A DNA stretch of 61,509 nucleotides, filler included, from Choristocarpus tenellus KU-1152 (Eukaryota; Protista; Phaeophyceae), in NCBI GenBank assembly GCA_964200185.2. It is 10 parts of 10 records of this genome, joined end to end, with 100 filler letters (N's around TTAATTAATTAA, not from the genome) between each part and the next. Parts side by side here need not be neighbours in the genome. Positions count along the whole stretch, not along the records: positions 9,862 to 13,013 come from CAXNAD020021934.1; positions 13,114 to 19,087 come from CAXNAD020009272.1; positions 19,188 to 24,813 come from CAXNAD020010208.1; positions 24,914 to 28,602 come from CAXNAD020018505.1; 6 more parts are not named here. One strand, written 5' to 3'. The notes under the pieces were generated by a model, which made no database searches, was not told the origin of the DNA, and saw nothing but the letters and a program-made list of their open reading frames with translations. Of the stretch, positions 12,162 through 25,300 are shown one piece after another. A program made the translations under genes and the position numbers. Each line of letters begins with the position of its first letter. Position 1 is the stretch's first letter.

Positions 12162-13181
12162 GTAGGCGTGATAAAGGCCCATTGTACTAGCGGAAGAGCT
12201 TGGAAGTGCGGCGGTTGCCTTGGGTTTTTATTTTATTATATAATGCTGTTGAAAAGAATGGTGTTCCCAAGACCTGTGTACGTAAGTGACTCGATTAATT
12301 CCTTATTGTCCAAAACAGCTTGTACATGAAGTAAGGAAGGTGTAAGAAAGGAGATTGAACTTCAAAGCTCATAAGGGGGTTGTCACCTTACCATTCATAT
12401 TCTAGTAACACATCACTCGCTTAACACGTAACTCATTCTCTGTGTTGTACTAGAAATAAACTACATAATATTCTCGCGATCACTCAACAGAAAAGCTGCT
12501 TTGCTATCGATTGTCCCGTTATTGAACCATCTCTTACACGTGCGTAAAAAACATATTCTTAACAAACGTACTTCTTCAACTTTGGGTCAAGGTTAGGGTT
12601 AGGGTTAGGGTTAGGTCTGTTCGATCACACTTATCCCTTTTTTTTCCTTTTTTTATCCGTTGTTGTGTGGGCTACGTGGGTACTGTCAGTTTTTGCTTGG
12701 AATGGCAATGAGAGCCTCTTGGAAGTTCCTGGCTTAGGTGTCTGGGTGTAGATGTCAGTTGTGGGCTGTTGCTGAGAAAGGCAATTCATTCCGGTAGGTG
12801 AGGTCTGAGCGCGCGCGCGCGTGTGTGTGTGTGTTTGTTTGAGGTAGTTTTATCCCCTGCTGCAGTGCATCGTTTGTCCCCTGTATTACATTTATGTTTT
12901 TTCACAAGAGTGATGAGGGTGTTGTAAGGTGGGGGGGGGGGGTTGGGGGGATTTTGGGGGGCTATTAGGGATGTTTTCACCCCCTCTGGGTTGGAAGGTA
13001 TCGCGGTAACGTGNNNNNNNNNNNNNNNNNNNNNNNNNNNNNNNNNNNNNNNNNNNNTTAATTAATTAANNNNNNNNNNNNNNNNNNNNNNNNNNNNNNN
13101 NNNNNNNNNNNNNTTAGGAAGTGTCAATATCTATGTTTGGGACGCCTTTCATAAGGTATACATTTTACCTACTCCCAAACA

Positions 13182-13352
13182 TTTTGTAGTCGAAAAATGT
13201 CATTAAAAAAAACATGGAAAGACAAGCCCCCCACAAATGGATATATTTTAACTGCTACGAAACCTTTTGGAGTCGGAAAATGTCACAAAAAAACCCATGG
13301 GAAGCCAAGCCCCACAAATGGACAAACAGGGAAAAATTCGTACCCTCTAAGA
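13182..13352 (+). repeat. Dispersed repeat end with an internal tandem subunit; second copy at 48586-48676
   Basis: AAAACATGGGAAGCCAAGCCCC...GGACAAACAGGG..AA.TCGTACCCTCTAAGAT is shared by both loci; a ~60-bp subunit is duplicated at 13182 and 13266. Confidence 0.8.
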
Positions 13353-13809
13353 TAGTTTAACACATACCAGTGACAAAAGCGACCCGACAAAAGGCCACCG
13401 CGATCCTCATCCTTGGAACCGCTCAACCCCTTGTGTCATAGAGGCTATGGGAACAATCGACTCTAATGGAGAACGAAGATGTATCGCAGCCTTGTGTGGG
13501 AGAAGTAGTACCGTCTGGTCTATCCACGTCATGGGTGCAGATTCTCCGTCATGAGAGCCTCGGCGACCCCGAGTCTAGGAGTGGGAAGATCTTTCATCGC
13601 ATCCCCTATCCATTTTTATACAGCTTGTACAAGAAGTAAGGCCATAAGTTCATTCAGAAATATGCATGGATTGGCCGACATTTTTCTCATACGACGACAG
13701 AGTGGGAAAGCCTTCCTTGCCCTTACTCGTGATATTTACTAAACATTGTTCCACCTTACATGGGTCACATCGGTTGATCCCACTGCACCCTTGAATCTCA
13801 AACGATGCT

Positions 13810-14890
13810 ATCAACACGTAGTCAACACATGTTCGAAGGCTACATGGGTTTGCCCAAGAGTAACCAGGAACTGGGACAGACTAGGGAGGCGTACCATCGT
13901 TTGGGGTTCAAGGGCGCAGTGGGGTCAACTGATGTGACCCGCATAAGGTCAGCCAAATGTCCAGGAACTGACACTAGGCCGCGTAAGGGCAAGAATGTTT
14001 TTTTCTCACTCTCGCGTATGATGTCACCGTTGACCATTCCATGTGCGTTTTAGGGGCAACTTGCGTGTTCTAGGCACAAAAAAATGAGAGTAGGATAGTC
14101 CGCTACAACGACACTGTTATCCAGGTCTAGATGAACAAAAGGTTTGCCAAATTGGAGTAAACTCTGTTAAATGCAGATGAGAACAAGTATACCCACAAAC
14201 GGGCGCACCTCATCATTGACAGTGGCTACCACAAAGTGCTTACACAGGAGCGTCGACCCCCTGTGCCTCTGCATTGTTTCTGAGGGATGCTTTTGGAGCT
14301 TGCTCAACCTAATTTACCCGGATACTGTGTGGAGATTCATGAGAATAGTGATGTGGCCAAGAACTTGGCGAATTATGCCACCATTGATACTTCTTTTCGC
14401 ATGAAGCGCACAGGTAATGGGCTCAACTTGATTTATGAACTTGCAATCGAAGGTGGTCATATTTTTCCATATTTGTACTGCGTATCAACGAGTAGATGTG
14501 TCTCTCTCTTTTTTTTATGTGCATTGTCCTACCCAGCGTTAACTAAGCTAAAATGTGCCCACTTAGTTACTCCTTATGTTGAAGTACGTCTAGCACAAAG
14601 AGTGTTCGCAATTCATCCTTCCTCTCTCCCACCAGAACAAAAACACGGTGGAAGTGCTCGTGTCTCCTTACAAGGCCAGCTGCACTGAGGACCAGCTGTA
14701 ATGGAGTCAGCACTTGGAGAGTATGAGAAAGGATGTGGGGTGCTTCTTTCGGGTACTCAAAACCCGCTTCCGTATCCTGGAGTTGAGACTGGAGCTCCGG
14801 AGTGAGGAAAGAACCAACGTTTTTGACGTGTGCTGTATATTCTCCACAATATACTTCACATGTATGATGGATTAGATCGGTTTGAGCAAG
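13810..14890 (+). pseudogene. PIF/Harbinger-type DDE transposase pseudogene with an intron (14236-14648)
   Basis: YHRLGFKGAVGSTDVT (D1), HLIIDSGYHK (D2), then after the intron WSQHLESMRKDVGCFFRVLKTRFRIL and CC.LHNIL. The catalytic E of RKDVEC is replaced by G; stops, frameshifts and a mutated acceptor (CGG) are present. Confidence 0.85.
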
Positions 14891-15559
14891 GGGTGGACCA
14901 GAGTGGGAATGATGACCTGAATGACACTTATGTTGCTAACCCTTTCATGGATCAAAGTGGAATCGTGTGGGGGAAGGTGGAACTGCAGAATTTTTTCAAG
15001 TGGAGGGGTCTCATTCTCAGAAGGAGAACGAGGTAACCCACTTCAGGTATAGAAATAGGTGTGGATAGTTGGAGAGAATCCGGAGTTCAACTATCCCTCC
15101 TAGCATATGAATATCCTGGGGATGGTATTAGGGTTGAAGAAATAGTAGGGGGGTAGGCAGGAGGAGGATGTCAGGAGGAGTAGCATTAAACAAAATATGG
15201 TAAAAATAAATTTCAGAACCAATTGTCGGAAGACGCCTCCTCGATTGTCAAGAAGCAATCTCATTGGGACACAGGTTGACTCAATATTGCTGAGTAGTAG
15301 GCTATCATGGCATGCCAGAAAGTGTTGTCCCCATGTTTGAAGGAGGCTGGGTTTATAGATAAAATACGATTTCAGCCCAAGTATGTGAGTTAAATTTCTG
15401 TTTATTCATTATTTTGACAGCTGTAGAGGTACACCACACTACTGGCTACCCCACCCCCTTAGACATTGTTTCAGACATCATGTCCCACATATATAGTCAC
15501 CCATTACCTACAGAGGCATACTCACTGTCTTCTGGGGACCTCGTAGCGTGTATGAAGGA

Positions 15560-16230
15560 CTGCTTTGACAACTGCAAAGACTGTGCAGGCACTTGCAAGG
15601 GGTTGCTGCACAGCCTGTGATGTGACTGCATTCCCAAAAGGTGAGGGGCGGTCAGAATGCTCGGGCTTTCCAGTCACTGCCAGGACCTGCTCATACAGAG
15701 GACTTGTGAGCAACTTCACAACGGTGCCTGCTTTTTTCTCCTGAGCTTCATCTCTGCAACTCATGTCAACCAGTAGTTGAATCTTGTCCCAGTAGTCTCT
15801 GATCCTAGTTGGATGTTCCCTAATTTAGAGTTTCTCAAAGTCCTGTCTGAGACGAACAGTCTCCTCAGGGGATGTCAACATCGATTTTCGAGTGTCATAC
15901 TTCATATTGTCACTGGCACCATTAACACTAATCCCTCAACCGTTTCCACCTTTCAGTTCAGCTTCTAGTACCCTGAGCATTTTCCAGCTAGGTCTACCCT
16001 TAGTCCTGGGATGAAGGCCGCACACTGTGTCTCTGGTATTGATGCCAGGATACCCGAAGATTGAAGCTGGGGTAGGACCAATTGCTCATGGAGGCATCCA
16101 CACATGAGAAAGTCGAGTAGGTGCACAAGTACCCAGTGACTGGGCATCTTCCTCCCATCAGTCACATTAGAACCATCTGATGTAGGCATAGCCTCATCGA
16201 CACTAGTTGCTGCTGCTTGCTCCACTCACT
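15560..16230 (-). pseudogene. Decayed convergent ORF, candidate second (accessory) gene of the Harbinger element
   Basis: Coding-like segments broken by stops (EQAAATSVDEA...HWVLVHLLDFL; KIQLLVDMSCRDEAQEKK) converge on the transposase. No Myb/SANT motif was recognised, so the call rests on position only. Confidence 0.3.
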
Positions 16231-16877
16231 CAGGTGTGAGACTCTCATTCTCCGCTTCATATAATACTTGTTGGGGAATAGTAAGGCGGGGGGGGGGGGA
16301 ATAGTTGGCAGACAATGGTTTGATATGCACAAACACTTTGTCAATCAGAGCACCTCAAATAAAGCCCAACACTATGCCCCGCTCCACAAAGGACATAATT
16401 GACATACTCCAAAAATACACAAACGCGAATGCAATACACCTATCGCCAACTCATCCCCTCGCACCCCCTTAACTCACATAGAATTCACACAAATACTTGT
16501 CCCTTCACACCCCTCCCCAATTGATGAGACCCTCTCCGCCAATTGACAATCACATATTAACGCTGGAATTGACAAACCCTAAATCCCGACCTCAATTAAC
16601 GTTAATCCCACTCCATGAAGGCGATAAACCCACAAGAGATGAACCAACCCAATCCTCACTTCACAACAACCAAAACACCCCACCCCAGAAATCGACCTTC
16701 AAAAAGGCTACTTTTCCAACATCTAAAACGCCAAGTACATACACTAGATGCATACTCTGCAATATTCCACCCAGAAAAGATCAACCAGACACTCCAATAC
16801 GCGTTTTTCACAACAATTTCATACAATTTCCCAACACTTATACAAGGGCCCATCATTTGGACGCCCCAGTGCAACCT

Positions 16878-16903
16878 CCCCCCCCCCCCAGATACTTTGG
16901 CCC
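16878..16903. mobile_element. Lone right-hand TIR of the MITE family; candidate end of the transposase-bearing element
   Basis: CCCCCCCCCCAGATACTTTGGCCC, without the 186-bp MITE body upstream. Confidence 0.7.
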
Positions 16904-17298
16904 ACTGCACAAAATAAATCTTCCCACCCACACCTCTCTGTTTTAAGGCTTCACTTACAAAAGGCCTGTCACCAAAAACTGCTAGTGAGCATCTTGGGTA
17001 AACATGCACAAAGACAATAATATATGTAGTCATTTCTCTGACAGGGTTGCATGCCGTCAATATCAATTTTCACTACTAAGTACGATCCTACTAACCGTCC
17101 AATTTATTATGATGTTCGTTTTTATCAGGGTTAAGGTTAGGGCTAGGGTTAGGGGTATAATAATAATATTGAGTGGGGGTGGATCTATAAACCTAGAACA
17201 CTTGATGTGTTCCTACTTAAAACCTCCTTTTGTTCAAGATGATAATGCTGATACTATTTTTTCACATTATTAACAACTCAAAGGGTCCTAGACCATTA

Positions 17299-17485
17299 GG
17301 CTCAAACTATCTGGGAGGGGGTGACGGCTGTCCATTTGGCGTCAATTTTTTCATATTGCGATTTTTGGGTGATTTGGTTGCATACGTCAGATGAATAATA
17401 TAAATGTACTTTTCCTGATTTTGGTCGAAATGGACACCCTGGTGTAGATTACCGCCACCCCCCCCCCCCCCATATACTTTGGCTC
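17299..17485 (-). mobile_element. MITE copy B, TSD TTA
   Basis: tta|GGCTCAAACTATCTGGG...CCCATATACTTTGGCTC|tta. Confidence 0.92.
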
Positions 17486-17599
17486 TTATCGAACGGTAGT
17501 CAGAGTAAATCAGCATGTTTGCCAAATTTGGAGTGCATGAGAAAAATAAGATATTTTTTCAATATTATTATTGCGTGGTCATCCTCTAATTCCACTATG

Positions 17600-18400
17600 G
17601 GATGCGGGTAGGAATGCATGTGCTTGCATGGATGATGGAAAGTGGGTGGAATTTTTGTGATTGGAAAGGACCTTCGCCAAGGGCGCCTTATAATATTGAT
17701 CTCATATCCCCATCAACACCTTCACTAACCAAGCACTGCTTGCTGTAAGTTACGAGTTTGTCTCTACCCAGCTATATCCAAGGATCTTGTTGCCATCAAG
17801 AGAGCACCCCAAACTAATCAGGTCAGAAGGGGCGGAACAACAAAAGGAAGTAAAATAGCACTTGCACATCTCCTGTGGGGTCTGCTTTATGCTGGCGATG
17901 CTGGCATTGCATATCTGCGACCCAAGGAGGTTTTGGCCAGTGTAATTATGACAGAGATTATGAGGTGGCCGTCAGATCATTTTTTTCGCTCTATTTCAGA
18001 CCTTAAGACGAAGGTCATGTGTGTCCAACCTCCTTATATGACTCTAGACAATACACAAATATAAATGCTGATCCATATCTACAAGCAGACTGGTATGTCT
18101 ATATACCTCAGGGACACAATCAATAATGACACTGCGGTCACTGCTGAGATCGACCAGAGGATCCAGAAAGTTTTGGGTTTTTCCCGAAATGTTATTGTAG
18201 GCAAATGCTCGATGACAGGGCTTTGGGTGTAGTACTCAAGCTGGAGATGGGAGCACTCAAGCCTGAACCGAAGTAATTGAGGCCCTGATATATGGTTGTG
18301 TGGCACGGACTCTCTGCCAGGTTCGCTATGTGAAAATTTGCTCTTATAATCACAAACAACTCTACCTTGAATGCACTCAGGTGTTATTCCACTTCCTTTT
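17600..18400 (+). mobile_element. Decayed RTE-clade LINE reverse transcriptase fragment
   Basis: LRQG (QGLRQG), LWGLLYAGDAGI (YADD decayed), KTKVMC, YKQT..IYL..TI...AEIDQRI, LIYGCV. Confidence 0.8.
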
Positions 18401-19249
18401 GCTCCTCCTCCTCTGACTCGGTTGTTTGAAGCCACTCAATTGATGGCACAAGGTCGTTGGAAGTGACCGGGTCAGAGGTTTCCTCCTCAACTACTACACT
18501 TACTTCGTACTGTAGTGAGGAAGATGTCGAAAAGGATGGGAGTGAGAACACACCCTTGCTGAAGGTCCTCTCCAACCTCAATTCAGCCTGTACACTCTCC
18601 ATCCATGCAAACGTATGCCCATGTCCCATCATGGAGTTTGCAGATGACTGAGTTCATTTTCTCAGGCTCTCTAAATTTGGCATGCTCAAGCCAATGGAGA
18701 TTGTGGTCAACAAGGTCACAATTCGTTTTCTGTACATCAATGAACAAATAAATACAGATACATGCATTTCCCGGGCAAGCTCTTGGCAGCCGGCCACATG
18801 CGGTGTACATCATGCCCACTGCAGAGTGTCAAAGTCAGAAACCACACTTTTCCTCATGGAGTCTGTTCTAGTTACAGGTAATCTCCCAAGGACCATTGTA
18901 CAACAACATTGGGATAAGTGCTTTTGAAGCATGTGCCACCAATAAGATGCCCTGTAGTTACCACATTCTATCTGATCTTTCTCGTGGAGCTTCTTGTGGA
19001 AACTCTGGAGGATATTGTTCGTAGATAGTGCTGCTGGTACACTATAGACACCACTGGTGGAGTAGATTAGGAAATGCAGACACCACTNNNNNNNNNNNNN
19101 NNNNNNNNNNNNNNNNNNNNNNNNNNNNNNNTTAATTAATTAANNNNNNNNNNNNNNNNNNNNNNNNNNNNNNNNNNNNNNNNNNNNATTGATTGTTCCA
19201 TTACTCCATAAATAATTTACCGTAACTGTCCGATAGAGTTGGAAGAGTC

Positions 19250-20320
19250 TAATCGAACATGTTCTCCCGTTCCAGTTAAGCTGTCAGTCGTCGTGTACAA
19301 CCTTGAACAGCACTTTAGCAATGTGTGCTACGAGTGATGCCTCAATAGTTACCACAATCCGTCGTCCCCTCCTTGTAGTAGAGCACCCTTGTATACTACA
19401 TCCTTCCAAACCTACGGCACATCTTCCTGGTCCCAAACAGTCAATCACAACTTCGAGGAAAGAGCTATTATAGAGGAGGGTGTTGTTTGGTATTCTGGAC
19501 CGCTCTAACTCCATTATATAGTACACGTGCTTCCAGCACTTTCGAAGGACAGATCTGCGCTTAGGTGGACGAACGTGTGCCTACTCTTCTACAGCTGCAG
19601 CCTTGTAAGGGGGGCTAGTTCGATTTCGAGGAATGGGTATGGGGTGTCAGGTAAAAGGTTTACAAAGCCCTAAATTCTCTAAAGGTCCTCAATTGATAGA
19701 TCCCGAGCTCAAACCCTGGAGGATAATCTCGTCCTTGCTGAGACCAAGTTTCAGGATTCAGCTTACCGATGGATCAGTGTTTGTGAGTCGACGAGTTACA
19801 TACAAGCGGATTGTTGTCAAGGGGCTTACCACTATTGGGATCGAAACTCACTGACTTGGTTTGAATGGGCACTTGAAAGTGTCTCCTCGTATGTTCGCTG
19901 ACAAGAGGATTCCTAGGATGAACTCTTGTCTGGTCTTCTCCTGCACTGAACCTTTCAAGTGCTTGTAGAATCCCGGCCGATCCCTATTTCAGATGCGAAT
20001 TTCCATCTTCCTTGTGTAGGTGTTGAGACAGTACAGGTCCTTACCTAGTAGAATTGTTTGAGATAGCCTTTGGGGGGCTGTGCGCTGTCGCTGCCTTGCC
20101 CATCCCCGTCCTCCAACGACGTTGCTTGAGCTTGGTTGCTTGTACACCGTCGTGATGGTCAATCAGTTTGTAAGAAATGGACTCGGAAATTGTCATGACA
20201 TTATGTCTATCGTTGGTTGTCAACTCTTCCTTCTTCTCGTATTGATCACGAAGAATTTCCAGTGCAACACCCTCATCAACACGTCAACTGCCTGATTCTT
20301 GACGTTGGAGTAGATAGTTG
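19250..20320 (-). mobile_element. Decayed RTE-clade LINE fragment (region N-terminal to RT)
   Basis: ILKLGL, DVP*VWKD and TDCGNY*GI-LVAHIAKVLFKVV match WKDA...CGNYRGISLVAH.GKVLLK. Confidence 0.8.
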
Positions 20321-21379
20321 CTAGTAGGTGGAGAATATTTATCTGTGTCAAGTCATGTCATAATTTAACTATATGATGGCAGAGATATGGTTCGTGTAGC
20401 GATTGTTATGCGCGACATTGCCCGACATATATATTCTTTAATACTTGGTTTTCATTGTATCCCTGACAAAATATATCTTGTTTTCAAGATGGACTTGTCT
20501 ATATACTTGGAAGTATCAAATAATACATATTTTGAAGTATCTTCATATCACGTTTACTCTTGATGAGAACATAATACAAATGGTTTGCAACCTTAATAGT
20601 CAGTTGGAGGTCTAGAGTAACAGAGTTGTTCAAGCCAGGTGTAAACAGACTACCTGTGTTTGAGGTATCAGATACACAGACAGCTCTGAGTGACAGGGAT
20701 GTACTCTACATGAGCTGGGAGAGGTGAGATTGGAATTCGAAATTTTGTTCTGGATTAGAAGTCTGTAGGCACCTATCAGAAGGGGGGGTGAGATTCAAAC
20801 GGAGGAAGCAATGCCTTTGGACACGGAGCTTCACAAGTCGGCAAACAAAGGCAAGTGGATCTACAGCACTCAATTTATTGTAGCACAATACTTATGTACC
20901 ATATTGTTTGCTCTCTGTCTAATAAACCTAAACGAATTATTTCCTTATTTGAGGAAATGTCACCCCGGTCACAAGCATCAACCACTCGACACATGTTACT
21001 GTTGTTGTGCCACTTCGAGGGAGAGAGAGGGTGGTTTTGGGGAGTAGAGGGTAGTAATCTAACTGCTATGAGAAGAAAGAGCGTAGGCATTGTATCAGTG
21101 TGGATGAGAAATGAGCAGTGCACTTAGGCTCGGGGGCTAGTCCACCATGTCGTTCACGTCTCGAGATGGAAGACTGAGAGGAACTCAATAACTCAATGCC
21201 ACCACTAGGCAATACCGTCTACAAGGTGGCGAGATTGGGAACTAACTTAGTAATGATTGGTATATTTCGAGTTGTTAGGCCGTCACAAGGTGTGCAGTTG
21301 GTGGCAGGATTGCTCATCGGTTCAGGTTCTTTTTCCCTAGTGGACAGGTTAAAGTTGACATTGAAGGATTGCTAGGGAT

Positions 21380-22300
21380 ATTAAGGGATGCGAGAGACTC
21401 AATCGTGCTCTGGGTTGCACTGCAGTCGGACTTGTGGTATCGAATTGGTCTAATTTAAATCGGCGTCGGAGAATATCATTCTCGCGAGGTGGAAGAAGAG
21501 TTCTCGGATGGAAATTCGCGTTGGTGTGCATCGGTACTGATGTGTGCCAGGTGGATCCTTCCATTTTTCAATCAGTTTCAGGTCAAGGAGACCACACATA
21601 TCTAATTTCCCAAGGCTCTTAGTCCTCTCTCAAGTCAATCATGCGCACCATATCAATGCACTCTGCTCAGAAACTTCCCAGGATAAGACACGCGTGTACC
21701 TGGTGAATCGATGAGTTGGCTTATCGGAGTAATTGATTTTCCAGGGCACCCTTGTTTTCAATCCAAATATTATGAGTCACACGATATGGGTTGCAATATT
21801 GACTGCCACTTTTCCCGTTTATGTAAGCTATTTGCCGAACGAGATTAGGTACCCCTTGGGAAATATTTCAACGTTGTTTTGATCAATGTCAAAGTACTTC
21901 CCAAGGGTCTATAAAGACAAAGAGCCAGCTGGAACAAAGGCAATGCCACCGAAGGAACAAGGTGTTCGTACTTTCGTCGGGAAGAGCGATCCCATGTGTA
22001 TCCATAGGGTGCCCACATGATGATTGGATGACCCAGCTTTCAACCTCTCCATGGAGTTTACTTTTAAATGTTCAAACCTAACGTTGTGACTCAGTGACAA
22101 TAACCGCACACTACTCTCTTTGTTTTTCGTTCAAAGTAATGAATGGAGGGGCCTTGACAGTCAGATTGATCACAATCCACCTTCTTTGCGGATGGAATGG
22201 GTGTGCAGTTTTATCATTTCGTCTTAGAAACCCATTGTCAAAGCCACTTCACAACGAGAGTTGCCCATGTAGATTGAGGCGGGCACGTAAACATATCTTG
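21380..22300 (-). pseudogene. Possible P-element/THAP9-like transposase remnant
   Basis: Weak motifs in the expected order: FTCPP (FxDxPH-like), EHLKVNSMERLK (H......KM.V-like), TQSTIESL (QD.LEN.F-like); very degenerate. Confidence 0.25.
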
Positions 22301-25300
22301 AAGCGTCAGTTTGTGCTGGAGTTGCCACATTCCTCCTCCCTTCCCCTCCTTTCTGTTCTGTTTCCTGAGGTTATGAAGTTGTTGTGATAGTCTCAATGAA
22401 GTTGGTATTGCAATAAGTATCAATATCAATTCACTGTCTACCTTCTGTCCCAAAGAGGTTTTCAAGTTTCCAGGGCAAAAACACATTCGAAACTAACATG
22501 CCATAATGAGTGGGACCAGGATTCCCCCCCCCCCCTTCCCCTGGTGTAATGAGAGATTAAGAGTGTGGATTGGGGCAGTGTTTGTTGACAAGAAAGCATA
22601 CACCTTCTGAGGGCTGAGGGTTTAGGGTTTAGGGTTAGAGTTAGAGTTATGTTTTCATTTTTTTTGAAGGTGCAAACTGTGTGGGAAACAAATGAAGCAA
22701 GAGTGACTAGCCCAACGCCCACAAATGGGGTACACTTCAGTGACAGCATCAATGAACGCTAACAAAGGTTTCATTCCACGTGTGATACCCTTTTGGGAAA
22801 CGAAGATTTTTGGGAGGATGTGTACCCTTGGTGGATGTTGAAATGGTGTCGCTCTTGAGCTTATGATGGCGATAACCTTGACTCTAATAATAATATTTTT
22901 TTGGTTACTTTTAACCAACCCCGATCCTACTTTTTCAAGGTTTTTGTAGAGCATTTTATGCATTATTATTTTTCTTGAAGAAATACTTGAAACGGTTGGC
23001 AAGTAGAATAAACTGTGGAAGCTGATTGGAACCTCATCTCGCTGAAGATTCACCGATGGTAAGCTGGTAGGTTCTATGTGAAATGGCTCTTGGGGTAAAT
23101 AACAATACATAAATGATGTTTTTTTTATTTATGTTAATGTTGATAACCCACCTGCAGTGCAGACAATATGTAAGGGTTTTGAATCACAACCATTCTCTTG
23201 AGTTCGATTGGTTGTAAGATCTAGAAGCGTAACTGCCATTAACAAATAATCGGTTACTCAGTTACATTGTCTCTTTTTTTCAGAGTAGTGGCGATGCAGT
23301 ATGGTCGCACACATGCACAGGAGGGGTGTGCTTCCCCCTCCCCCCCCCCCCCCCCCCCCCCCCCCCCTCTCCTCTTCCTTTCTTCTCCAATTCATCTTCC
23401 CCCCCCGGAGGCTCCCATTTCATTCACTATACTGTATCTGTAAATCTATCTCCATGACTACATGGCTATGTGTTAGACACATCAAATGTGAATAAATTTT
23501 ATCGTCTACATGCATGCAGTGATGTCATAGTGAGTTCAGATCAATGGATGAGACCTTGTTTTTTACTCCCCTGAAGGAGTGGTGCAAGCATGCCTTCCTT
23601 CTACTATAAGAGAGTTTTAAAAAAATAGAAAAAATGAAGGGGAGGATGCTGCTGAGCTGCAAGGGGCTCTGGAGGTGATTGATTGTATGTATGTCCATGG
23701 GAATTGTGGAGGGGCGTTTCGACCGGTTTGTGGATATGTTCCATTTGTAGAAGCATTTCAAACGTGTTCATTTTTCTTTAAGACACAAAAAACAAAGTTG
23801 AGTAAAACCTTAACCTTTGCAAATGTTGAACCTTTTTTGGAAAAAAATGCCCTCCATCCTCCCTTGTGTACTTGACTACTCAGAACATGTTTTGTATATA
23901 CTATTTATTAACATTCACATTCATCATTTTTTTGTTTGTTTTGTTTGTTTGTATCTATCTGTAAAATAGTACTGGGCTGACTCTTTTGCGTAAAAAAAAA
24001 TGTTCATAGGTTTTTAGCCCCTTGTTAATTGCCTTTTTTAAATTTGGCATACATTTACATAGGTACATGTGTACGTGTATATTCTTACAAAACTCCAATT
24101 TTTTCAGGGGTAAATTTTCTCTTCTACTAAGAAATGTAAAAAAAGATCTCATGTTACTGTTTTGATCCAGAGATAATTTTTCTACTGGTAAGAAAAGAAT
24201 GGGATGATTTCATAGAATCGATTCAATTCTATTTTTTTTTTGAATATATATCTAAAGTAATCCTTTTTTTTACAGAAGAAAAAAATAAAAAAAGAACCGA
24301 AAGAACGGCGTTTATCGATTCCTTTTCGTATTTGAAATCCCGTATATTTTTCATCCCTTAAAGAAAAAGAAAAGAAATGGAACATATTTGTCTTTTTTTT
24401 GTGTCAAAAAAGAAAATAAATACTGTTGTTGGTGTTGGGGAGGTCCCTTTGAAGGATTGGCTCTTGATTCAAGGTCGATCTCCGCTGTTACCACTGACAA
24501 CTGCTGTGAGGCAAGTTGGAATGCTGTAACGACGTAGGGAGAGCCGGTGTGTCTGCTCCATCGGGGTTCGACCAAGTGCCTTAACCATTGGTATCGCCTC
24601 TGTACAATGCGGAAACCTGTTCATTTCCCAAGAATGTGGTGATACTGACCGTCACAAAATGCTGATGTCCCTGATATTGAATGCGTTGTGTAACTGCCAC
24701 CAGAGAGAGAGAGGGGGAGGGGGGGGAGGGGTGTGTGTTTTCAGGCCGTTTTGGATTTTTATCTTGTTTTTTTTCTTTCTTTTGATATTTTTTAAAAAAT
24801 TGTGTTTTGTTTTNNNNNNNNNNNNNNNNNNNNNNNNNNNNNNNNNNNNNNNNNNNNTTAATTAATTAANNNNNNNNNNNNNNNNNNNNNNNNNNNNNNN
24901 NNNNNNNNNNNNNCCCCCCCAAATACTTTGACCCAAATGGACTGGGGTGTTGCATGGAAAACAGGCTGTATGGTTATTTGTCCAAACAATGAAACCTATG
25001 GGGTATTGAGTCAAGGCAAATGAGAGGTATCCAGGGTTACATATCACATGAAGGATGATCACAAGTATGTAATTTTTTTTTTGCATTTTGTAGCAGTGAG
25101 TGTGGCGAATTTTCTGAATTCAACTGAAATCCTTCAAATGATAAGAGAAATCAACGCTCTTCTAAAGTAAATCTTAGTACTTCAACATATATAGAAATAA
25201 GAATGAACCGCAAAACAAGAAAAAAAAGTGACCTAAAATGCAAATACGGTCAAAGCCTGGGTACCTCTTGTTTACTTTGACTCAATGCAAAACATTGAGC

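Larger units (their letters stand above)
10496..12615 (+). repeat. Short interstitial (TTAGGG)n arrays in introns (10496-10511, ~10689-10703, 11403-11423, 12591-12615)
   Basis: Read directly; further degenerate arrays at ~17128-17154 and ~22617-22648. Confidence 0.85.

Noticed and set aside
14287-14688. 133-aa ORF as a captured gene inside the transposase
   Set aside because: It lies within the apparent intron between GYHK and the W.VL..P exon and has no recognisable motif.
22700-24700. Possible minus-strand multi-exon gene
   Set aside because: Exon-like segments exist (e.g. ~23153-23221, ~24490-24615), but I could not build a phase-consistent model or recognise a domain.
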